A stretch of 64,000 nt of DNA from a virus, in IMG/VR virus record IMGVR_UViG_3300021420_000018, positions 59,708-123,707 of that record. One strand, written 5' to 3'. Of the stretch, positions 35,640 through 42,961 are shown piece by piece. The stretch's first letter is position 1; every line of letters starts with the position of its first letter. Made by a program: the position numbers and the translations under genes. Below the pieces are notes generated by a model. That model did no database searches, had not been told where the DNA came from, and saw nothing but the letters and a program-made list of their open reading frames with translations.

Positions 35640-36724
35640 CAGAACTTGGCGTTTATCAGTTCTTCGAGTTTCTTGCGCTGCGACCGGCGAACGTCCTTAA
35701 GATCCTCAACGTTGAACTCCTGCTTGAGTATCTTCTTGACGTCCAACTTCGAAATGCTCTTTCCGAATACGAACTTCCAAATCTCCTGCTGCTCTTCGGC
35801 GCTCAGAAGTGGATCCGCTTCTTGCTCCTGCGCCGGCTTCTCTTTGGCTTTTGGCTTTTCGGCTTCAGCGGGTGAGCCATGCCCAGTCTTCTGCGTTTGG
35901 GTGGTCGCCTCTTCCGCTTTCTCTTTTGGGCGATCGGCTTCCCTGTTCTCTGCTTCCGGTTCGGCCTCGGTCCGGCGTGGCGGCGGGATCTCGACAACAT
36001 CATCCGGAGGGATAACCAGGTCAGCCTCGGCGTCTTTATTCACGAGCTCGACCAGGTCCTCCAGCTTGCGGCTCTTGAGCGGCAGGCGCTTGGCGAGTAC
36101 GCGGATCGGTGTCTTGCGCCAGCCTTCTTCCCAAAACGTGCCCCACATCAGGCTGTTCGGCTGCTTCGAGTGCTTTCTGTGGCGGTCAACCTGTTCGGCG
36201 GTCAGGTATTCCCAGTCAAGCTGGCCATCGTTGAACTCGATCAGCGCGTAGGCGCCGGAAGCTGTCTCCCGATTGCGCTCATTATCGTCCCCGGGCGCGT
36301 GGAACAGGTTTTTCTTGGGAGCGTATTGACGGTCCAGTCTGTCGCCTTCGTAGGTGACTTCGGCAAAGAACGCCCTCACGTCGCCCGTTTCATACGCCTT
36401 CTGGATGAAGAACCGGTAGGACGGCTGGAACTGCGCTTCCTTGCCGTAAGGGATCAGCCAGCCAAGCTGGAGCGACGGATTCAAGGGACAGCCGACTTCG
36501 GCCGCTTCGAAGGCTGCCAGCAGAACGCTATTCGGATCGCATTCGGCCAAGCTCTTGCCTGGCTGCGCGTTCGCTTTGCTGCGATTGATCGCGGTCATGA
36601 TTCCCAGGAAGAACTTCGATTTGTCCATTCCTTGTGGCAGCCGGGCCATCAAGTTCTCTTTGCGCGATTCGATCATCGCGAGGACCGGATTCTTCGGCGC
36701 TAACTTGGTGCTCTGTTCAGGCAT
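35639..36724 (-). CDS. recT: RecT single-strand annealing recombinase
   Basis: LAECDPNSVL; LGWLIPYG..AQFQ..YR; VTYEGD; GAYA; W..KT.IR.L.K.LP.S. Confidence 0.9.
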   Translation of the reverse strand: MPEQSTKLAPKNPVLAMIESRKENLMARLPQGMDKSKFFLGIMTAINRSKANAQPGKSLAECDPNSVLLAAFEAAEVGCPLNPSLQLGWLIPYGKEAQFQPSYRFFIQKAYETGDVRAFFAEVTYEGDRLDRQYAPKKNLFHAPGDDNERNRETASGAYALIEFNDGQLDWEYLTAEQVDRHRKHSKQPNSLMWGTFWEEGWRKTPIRVLAKRLPLKSRKLEDLVELVNKDAEADLVIPPDDVVEIPPPRRTEAEPEAENREADRPKEKAEEATTQTQKTGHGSPAEAEKPKAKEKPAQEQEADPLLSAEEQQEIWKFVFGKSISKLDVKKILKQEFNVEDLKDVRRSQRKKLEELINAKF

Positions 36725-36869
36725 GCACTTTTCCTTTCCATTTTTCCAATCCTAGCTCTAGCAAAATCTTCATCAGGCCAGATAGTGTGCGCCCTTCAGC
36801 GCGGGCTATCTTGCGGCACTCTTCAACTGTGGCGGAATCGATCTTAACCGACTCGGTCTCGGTCTTCAT
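36717..36869 (-). CDS. Ribbon-helix-helix (Arc/CopG-like) regulator, 50 aa (below ORF-track cutoff)
   Basis: MKTETESVKIDSATVEECRKIARAEGRTLSGLMKILLELGLEKW... Confidence 0.7.
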   Translation of the reverse strand: MKTETESVKIDSATVEECRKIARAEGRTLSGLMKILLELGLEKWKGKVHA

Positions 36870-36907
36870 GTTCCACTTGTGTACACCATCGTGGAACTCG
36901 GTGTCAA
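36870..36907 (-). promoter_or_regulatory. Promoter with palindromic operator
   Basis: TTGACA at 36907-36902; GTTCCAC/GTGGAAC inverted repeat (36870-36897) around GTGTACAC. Confidence 0.55.
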
Positions 36908-36927
36908 GAAGAAGAGCTGTGGAAAAC

Positions 36928-37443
36928 CTAAGCGGAAATACCGGGAGTATCCCAGACCGCGGTTGGGATTGTCGTTTCGGCCCAAAGGGACGGAGCCCCG
37001 GCCTGAAGATAGGTTTGCTGCATTTCCTCGGTAGGCACTTCAGGAACCTCGATCAGCTCCAAATGCGGCGCATCGTGAAAGCACTGGCCGTCGCGCAGTC
37101 CGTATTTCGGCGCGAGAGCGATGATACGCTGCCAATCTTTGTGGCTGAGATTCCAGTCCGGCTGGCCGGTGTTGATATTCATCGGCACGACGTCCACTGC
37201 GAAACCGAGCACGTGGTTGCTTTGCGTGCCCTTGGCATTCGTGACTGTTGCGCCAATCTTGTTGCCATCGGCATCGCGCCCGATCTGCCACAGCGCGTCC
37301 TGCTGCTCGACTGTAGCGATTCCGCGCGTAACGCGAATGTTGACGGGATCCGGATCGTTCGCGAGTTCATCGATCAGGCCGGTCACGCGCCTGGCGAGTT
37401 CCGGATGCACTGGAGCTAATCGCGCTGTGGAAATCGAATCCAT
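36928..37443 (-). CDS. Endolysin, M15 family peptidase (L-Ala-D-Glu peptidase-like)
   Basis: Q.AL..IGR..G..VTNAKG.QSNH..G.AVD...DAPHLE. Confidence 0.9.
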   Translation of the reverse strand: MDSISTARLAPVHPELARRVTGLIDELANDPDPVNIRVTRGIATVEQQDALWQIGRDADGNKIGATVTNAKGTQSNHVLGFAVDVVPMNINTGQPDWNLSHKDWQRIIALAPKYGLRDGQCFHDAPHLELIEVPEVPTEEMQQTYLQAGAPSLWAETTIPTAVWDTPGISA

Positions 37444-37444
37444 G

Positions 37445-37648
37445 TCAGTGCTGGTAAAGGTGCGCCCAGAGATCCGCTATGCACCCGCACGCAAGTCCGG
37501 CCGTAAGAGCCGCAGCACGCGGCGAGCGGCGCGCCACAACTACGGAGAGCAGAAGGATGCCGGCGAGCGCGTAATAACAATGCCCTTTGCCGCTTCGCAC
37601 GCATGCCCACACGGGATCAGGACCGATAAGAGGCGGGTCTACTTTCAT
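37445..37648 (-). CDS. Small two-TM protein (holin-like), in frame with the GIY-YIG ORF
   Basis: Internal ATG 37648; two hydrophobic segments; abuts the endolysin. Confidence 0.4.
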   Translation of the reverse strand: MKVDPPLIGPDPVWACVRSGKGHCYYALAGILLLSVVVARRSPRAAALTAGLACGCIADLWAHLYQH

Positions 37649-38491
37649 ATGTGTCAGTTGACACCTATCGTGGAAGGCCACTGTTAACGGACAGTGGCCA
37701 GAACCGGCGCCGTTGGGTTTTATCCCATCGGGGGCACCACTTGCCGCGCTGCTACCACGACAAGATCGATGTGCACTGAAAAACGCGCCATGTGGCATCA
37801 AAGGTCCGATGCGCTTCCGCTTCCGGAAAGACAGTTTGGCTATATGTTCTGGCGAGCGGGGCGGCATTTTATAGCCTTTCTTTCGCTTTAGGCCAGGCGT
37901 CATCTTGACGCCTTTCTTTGCTGCAGAAATCTTCGCCTTCCATTCGGGAGTAAAAACGCGGCCCTTGAAATGGTTGGACATTCTAGCGTGACGTTCAGGA
38001 GCCCAATCATAGCCGTGATTGGCCTTGGTGGCAGCTATACGTTTGGCGATGATCTCAGGAATATTCATGTGCGCCGTATTGCTCCCATGTCTTTCTTGCG
38101 TCGTCCGCACTCTCTTTGCGATTAGCTCCGGTGATTGTTTCTTGCCAGTCTGGGCGATCCGCATCTTTTCCCTGGTGCTATCTGGAACATCTAACTGATA
38201 GCCAGAGGCGCCGCCTGTTGTGCAGTTGTAGCCGTTCCTGAAAGAATCGAACTGAACAATCAGAAGCCTTTCCACTTCGGAGATGTCGGCGACGGTCTGC
38301 GCGTTGGCAAGTTCCTCGATACTAAATGTAGCTATCCCGTACTTGCGCATCGCAGCATAGATGCGGGCGCTCCTGTCAGAGAGGTATGCCTCTTTGTGAT
38401 CTTGCCAACGGTCAGCCAAGTTGCGTTTGGTGATTCCGATGTAAACCTTCGGCGTTGCAGTGGAGCGGATGACGTAGGCACGAAATATCAT
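37445..38491 (-). CDS. GIY-YIG homing endonuclease with NUMOD3 repeats
   Basis: AYVI....KVYIGIT....RW..H; E; GYN.T.GG; TREKMRIAQTGKKQS, WKAKISAAKKG. Confidence 0.85.
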   Translation of the reverse strand: MIFRAYVIRSTATPKVYIGITKRNLADRWQDHKEAYLSDRSARIYAAMRKYGIATFSIEELANAQTVADISEVERLLIVQFDSFRNGYNCTTGGASGYQLDVPDSTREKMRIAQTGKKQSPELIAKRVRTTQERHGSNTAHMNIPEIIAKRIAATKANHGYDWAPERHARMSNHFKGRVFTPEWKAKISAAKKGVKMTPGLKRKKGYKMPPRSPEHIAKLSFRKRKRIGPLMPHGAFFSAHRSCRGSSAASGAPDGIKPNGAGSGHCPLTVAFHDRCQLTHMKVDPPLIGPDPVWACVRSGKGHCYYALAGILLLSVVVARRSPRAAALTAGLACGCIADLWAHLYQH

Positions 38492-39150
38492 TTACTAGGA
38501 AGCGGACCGATCCGTTTTTTGTAGCTGGCTACCCAGTCTGTACTGATTTCTTTTTGCGCTTCGGACAGCGATATTTTACCACTGCACACCAGAACGTGGA
38601 GAACAGTCTCTAGTTTATCTTTGAAGTGATATTGCGGTGCCATTTGAACCCACAGATTAGCCTGTACATCCGCGCCGCCATCTTCGAGAGCGATGACATG
38701 ATCCAACTCCATCGTGTTCTGGTGCGGGCAGTTCGTCACTCCGTATTCCGCGCAAACAGCTCTCTTTGTTGCCGCGCTCGTGTGCCGATAATCGCGAGTA
38801 GTAAAAGACTTCGAACAAAGGTTGTGTTTGTCCTGAGGATCTGCCGGCAGAGTAGCGTGTAGCGAGCGATTCACGCATTTGTCTATCTGTACCGCGCATG
38901 GCGTGAGCTTAGGATCAGGAAGCAAAGCGCCGGTTACCTTAGTGGCTTCGCTCGCGACTTGCGCAGTCTCATTCAGACTTGGGACACATTGAATGTAGTA
39001 AGGAAAACCAAGATCATGCCAATCAGTTTTTACGAAACCAGTTCTGCATGTTTGCTCTGGAGTGTAATAGATCTCCGGCTTTGATGTCGGGCCAGACAGT
39101 TGTGCGTTCGCGGCGAAGGCCGCGAGCACGATGAGAGCAATCGTTTTCAT
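38488..39150 (-). CDS. Secreted HNH-like protein
   Basis: Signal MKTIALIVLAAFAANA-Q; ELDHVIALEDGG....NLW.Q; KDKLE..LH..VC.G.ISL.EAQ. Confidence 0.75.
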   Translation of the reverse strand: MKTIALIVLAAFAANAQLSGPTSKPEIYYTPEQTCRTGFVKTDWHDLGFPYYIQCVPSLNETAQVASEATKVTGALLPDPKLTPCAVQIDKCVNRSLHATLPADPQDKHNLCSKSFTTRDYRHTSAATKRAVCAEYGVTNCPHQNTMELDHVIALEDGGADVQANLWVQMAPQYHFKDKLETVLHVLVCSGKISLSEAQKEISTDWVASYKKRIGPLPSK

Positions 39151-39151
39151 G

Positions 39152-39985
39152 CTAGCTCCTTGGCACCCACGGCGGGCCCAGGTGCTGGATTTTAGCATCG
39201 GCCGACAGCACAGCCGATGCGAAAGCCTCGTACGGCATGGCGAAGTCGCCACCGCGGCCCCACGAGGAACTCCAAGAGTTACGGATCCAAATCGCGCCGG
39301 GGTAGGTCGTGTTCGGGCACTTCACAGTGTCATCGTAGGCATAGCCAAGCACTTCGTGTCCGCCGAGCAATGACTCCTTGTTCGGATCCGGCATCGGCAT
39401 AAGGCCGTTGGACTTGATGTCGTTCTCGAAAGAATCGTAAACGTTGAAGCCGATGCGTACGCGATAGCCGGAAATAATGCATGTCTTGATGTCCTCGACC
39501 GTGAAGATCGAGTGATAGGCACCATTCTTCCACTTGAGCGCTGCGGCGAGCTGCGCAGCCGTGGGCGTGCGATTAAAGTTAAAGGTGTCGTAAGGATCGA
39601 CCGTCTCTTCGCAAATACCGAACTGGATCTGCGCCTTGCAGGAAGTCTCTCCTGTCGAACCGGTATCGCCCTGATCGACGGAGCCATCTATCTGGCGTTC
39701 GATGTAATAGAGAAAAAGCGGAGCCAGGATCGGTGAGACGTTCTCAAACTGCCGTGCGATCGCTTCCCGATCTTCGGTGCCGGCAAACGCAGTGCAGGCC
39801 CCCAGGTTTCCCTGGTCCTTGACTGGAGGCATCCACTGGCCGAGATGATCATCTACTGGCGGCAGTGCTACGAGTTTCAGATTCGGGACCGATGCTAGTC
39901 CGAATGCACGATGGCTGTGCGGCTTGCGAATGTATCCGTAACGGCGTCCACCAGGAGAAAGAATAAGTTCTGGCATTTTAGTCAC
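39152..39985 (-). CDS. Papain-family (C1) cysteine protease
   Basis: PVKDQG.LGACTAF; GGHEV; IRNSW..SWG..G.F.MPY. Confidence 0.92.
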   Translation of the reverse strand: MTKMPELILSPGGRRYGYIRKPHSHRAFGLASVPNLKLVALPPVDDHLGQWMPPVKDQGNLGACTAFAGTEDREAIARQFENVSPILAPLFLYYIERQIDGSVDQGDTGSTGETSCKAQIQFGICEETVDPYDTFNFNRTPTAAQLAAALKWKNGAYHSIFTVEDIKTCIISGYRVRIGFNVYDSFENDIKSNGLMPMPDPNKESLLGGHEVLGYAYDDTVKCPNTTYPGAIWIRNSWSSSWGRGGDFAMPYEAFASAVLSADAKIQHLGPPWVPRS

Positions 39986-40061
39986 CTCATCTATAATGGC
40001 GGTCGGCGCGGCATCTCACCTTACGATTGCAACCCATTAAATGTGTACCGCGCCACTTCAC

Positions 40062-40319
40062 TTACAACACCTCTTCGGGATTTACATCTTTCAAGCGCAA
40101 GGCAACTGATTGTGCGATGACTATGCGCGCCGTCTGCAGGCCAAGTTCGTAGCCGAGCCGGAAATCGTGGGTGAGCGGGTATGTGGATCCCATCTTTTCA
40201 AGCGTGTCCGCACCCATTGCGGACGTGAGCTCTTTCTGTTGGGACTCGCGAATAAATGTTGTCACCGACTTCAGGCCGTCCACGGCTGTTTCGATCTGTT
40301 CGGCATTCGGTGAGAGCAT
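40062..40319 (-). CDS. Hypothetical protein
   Basis: Coupled ORF. Confidence 0.65.
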   Translation of the reverse strand: MLSPNAEQIETAVDGLKSVTTFIRESQQKELTSAMGADTLEKMGSTYPLTHDFRLGYELGLQTARIVIAQSVALRLKDVNPEEVL

Positions 40320-40320
40320 T

Positions 40321-40812
40321 TTACTTAAGGACTCCTTGATTCCGCAGGTCTCTGACTTCCCGATCGTTCTCCATAATGCTTTCCACGTGGAGAGCGACGG
40401 GAGTTACCAGCACGAGAACAGAAGACACGGGAGATGTTCCACGAACAGCGTCCGCGGATGCCAGCAACGCAAGATCCTCCGACATTCCGACAGAAATAAC
40501 CTGCACGAGAGACGGCCGCGACGACAACGAAAGGTTTGCTCCGTAACAAGGCAGCGTGACATGGCTTGCGCACGATAGAGTAGATTTAGCGTCCCAAACG
40601 CTCGATCCAACAATGATCGCACACTCTACAGCCATCAGCTTGCTCCGAAAACAGTCGGAGACTGCGTTCGTTACCGCGTCTCCCGCTTGGCTGACTTTTC
40701 TTGTTAAGAACTTGCCGCTGGAATGCGCGGCGCGCGCCATCTTATTTTGTGAAAATGCTCTCGCCGGCATAAAAAGTACCAGCGAGAGCAGGATGAGGGT
40801 GAGCCTTTTCAC
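40321..40812 (-). CDS. Secreted/membrane protein
   Basis: Signal peptide ...LFMPARA. Confidence 0.65.
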   Translation of the reverse strand: MKRLTLILLSLVLFMPARAFSQNKMARAAHSSGKFLTRKVSQAGDAVTNAVSDCFRSKLMAVECAIIVGSSVWDAKSTLSCASHVTLPCYGANLSLSSRPSLVQVISVGMSEDLALLASADAVRGTSPVSSVLVLVTPVALHVESIMENDREVRDLRNQGVLK

Positions 40813-41420
40813 TAGAACCGCTTGTACTGGCTGTATCCGTTCGTGTCCAGAATGCCGTTGAACGCAGCCTTGAACTGTGGCAGCGAGCGTTTTTGTGGCG
40901 CAGCGCCGGCAAGCGTCTTCGGGAAGGTCCTCAGTGCCGCTGGTGCTGGTGCCGGAGGCAGCAAGGACATGAAGCCAGCGAGTGTGCTCACGATCAATCC
41001 GAGCAATCCGGCAACAGTCGAAGCAACCTTCGCATCGGGGATGGTCAGATCGTTCCAGAACTGCGAGATCTCGTTTTGCGCAGCGACCAGCGCCGTAGAG
41101 ATCTTGCCCACCAGGGTGGCCTTAGCCGCGGCTGGCGCAGCATTGTAGTTGCTGACAGCCGTACCGATATCGGCAATCGCAGCTTTCACGGCTTTGATGA
41201 TGAGATCGATCGCGGACCCGATCGTGATATTGATCACGCTCTGGCCGGCCAGCAAATCTACAACAGATTGAAAAGCCGCGAGGCCGGTATCGACCCAGGA
41301 GAGAATCGTGCTGAAGGATGTGCCGCAGCCGGTCACGAGCAGCGATGGACCGACCGAGAGCGCAAGCAGAAAAGTTGCCCAGGCTTGCCCGAACTTCCTT
41401 CTTGTCATTGTTGTTCCCAT
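40812..41420 (-). CDS. Lipoprotein with Tat-like signal (lysis region)
   Basis: MTRRKF...LLVTG-C lipobox; AAAGGAGG RBS. Confidence 0.7.
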   Translation of the reverse strand: MGTTMTRRKFGQAWATFLLALSVGPSLLVTGCGTSFSTILSWVDTGLAAFQSVVDLLAGQSVINITIGSAIDLIIKAVKAAIADIGTAVSNYNAAPAAAKATLVGKISTALVAAQNEISQFWNDLTIPDAKVASTVAGLLGLIVSTLAGFMSLLPPAPAPAALRTFPKTLAGAAPQKRSLPQFKAAFNGILDTNGYSQYKRF

Positions 41421-41446
41421 CGTTTCCTCCTTTGAAAGTCCGAGTG

Positions 41447-41668
41447 TTACGTAACAGCTGGCTTGCCAGTAATCGTAGCCAGCTTCTTGGCCCGCAGGCG
41501 GCCGTAGACTGCAATACCCCATCCGACAAGGGTAACAAGGATCTGGGCTGCCGCGCCTGGGTCAGTGATGCCTAGCGCCGCGTACAGCTTGGGCGATATC
41601 GCTCCAAGCGCCATCAGAACCGTACCGTAAAAGGTCACACTGGTGAAAATCGACTTGGTGCCGTTCAT
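41447..41668 (-). CDS. Holin-like small membrane protein
   Basis: KS.F.S.TFYG; two TM segments; .AVYGR..A; AAAGGAGG RBS. Confidence 0.7.
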   Translation of the reverse strand: MNGTKSIFTSVTFYGTVLMALGAISPKLYAALGITDPGAAAQILVTLVGWGIAVYGRLRAKKLATITGKPAVT

Positions 41669-41684
41669 TTCATGGCCTCCTTTG

Positions 41685-41784
41685 GGACCTTCCGCAAGGG
41701 CGGCCTTGGGGAATAACCGTACCGGAACCTTAACACATAAGGGTGGTCCGGCCTACGACTAAACTTACCAAGGTGCCCGAGTCC
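41685..41784 (-). other. Long nested intergenic stem-loop
   Basis: Nested pairs GGAC/GTCC, GGGC/GCCC, CCTTGG/CCAAGG, CGTA/TACG, CCGGA/TCCGG, CCTTA/TAAGG. Confidence 0.6.
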
Positions 41785-41806
41785 TGAAAGAGACAAGACC
41801 GATGCG

Positions 41807-42961
41807 TCACCGTCCAGTGGTAGTCAAATCCAGACGGAAGTAATCGAGCCACATATCGGCCGCTGTAGCACCGCTCCCGAGCGCTTGCGCGGCGACATCC
41901 AACCCGGTATTCGGCAGATCCGTTCCACCGATGCTGCCGCAGACCGCCGAGCCGTCTATTTTCCAGGTGACCGTACTTGAGCCGGTCGCATCGATCTCCA
42001 CTGTGTGATAGGCACCGCTCGATGAAGCATTTATGCCGGTATCGACTGAGTTGCTCACGCTTGTTGCGCGCTGAACGCACCACCAGTCGGTGTTGCTCTG
42101 TCCTGTGCCAGATTCAAAATAAACGCCGTTGGCTGGATTGGAGACGCCGCGGTTATCGACTAGACCTAGACGGCTTGTGCCGCTGGCCCCTCCGTTATTA
42201 TTGAGGACGCGCCAGTATTCTTTGAACGTGTTGACTTGAGGATTCAACTGGTTTCCGCCGGTGCTATTTATGCCCAGCAGCAGATAAATGTATGCAGTGC
42301 CATTGTCAGAGCTGATTCCGAGAATACCAATGGTGTTTGCCAAAACGCTGCTTTGCGGCTGCGGTTGAAGACCGCATCCACCGCCAACGCAGCTTGATTG
42401 AACAGTCCAGCCGAGCGCCATGATTGCTGCGTTCGAACTGCTGGAGGCTGTGTATGCCCCGCCCACGAAATCATCGAAGAGCGTGACCGAATTGGGATTG
42501 AAGGCAGCAGTTCCAGTCGGCGCTGGGACGTAACTAAAAAACGTACGATCATCGGTGATGGTAGTGATGGTTGAAACGCCTGTCGCGACTTCGGCTATAG
42601 GAATGAGCGGCGTTGTGCCGGAAATGAATCCAGTCGTGTTCGAAGCCGGCGCACAAGCCGCAGTGGTATCTAGGTAGACATAGTTCGTTACGCTCGCCGC
42701 CATCGTGAGGGTGCTACCGGCGTAAGTATGTTTCGTGCCGTTGCAAATCGCCGTGCCGGCACTGATATTTAACGTCAATCCGGAGCCAGCAGTCGGCCAG
42801 TAGCCGGGCGCGACTCCGTTCGTCCACGAAGAGTTCGCCCTAAAGCTTGGTTGCGTGTTGGCAACATCGCTCGTCTGCGGATTCTGAGAATGCAACGCAG
42901 CGATGCCCAAAAACGCGAGCACCGCCGAGAACAGAAATAGAAGCCAAAGTTCTTTTTTCAT
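41807..42961 (-). CDS. Tail fibre/receptor-binding-like protein with N-terminal signal sequence
   Basis: GLTLNISAG..TNYVYLD..IPIAEV.T....IT.ITDDR; lectin-like C-terminus; start reassigned to ATG 42961. Confidence 0.7.
   Translation of the reverse strand: MKKELWLLFLFSAVLAFLGIAALHSQNPQTSDVANTQPSFRANSSWTNGVAPGYWPTAGSGLTLNISAGTAICNGTKHTYAGSTLTMAASVTNYVYLDTTAACAPASNTTGFISGTTPLIPIAEVATGVSTITTITDDRTFFSYVPAPTGTAAFNPNSVTLFDDFVGGAYTASSSSNAAIMALGWTVQSSCVGGGCGLQPQPQSSVLANTIGILGISSDNGTAYIYLLLGINSTGGNQLNPQVNTFKEYWRVLNNNGGASGTSRLGLVDNRGVSNPANGVYFESGTGQSNTDWWCVQRATSVSNSVDTGINASSSGAYHTVEIDATGSSTVTWKIDGSAVCGSIGGTDLPNTGLDVAAQALGSGATAADMWLDYFRLDLTTTGR

Noticed and set aside
37445-38491. GIY-YIG gene within a group I intron
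   Set aside because: The upstream gene has its own complete end and stop, and I could not identify a group I core by eye.
41660-41680. Lambda-like dual-start holin (ATGAAATG)
   Set aside because: The two ATGs are in different frames, and the first is only 2 nt from the RBS.
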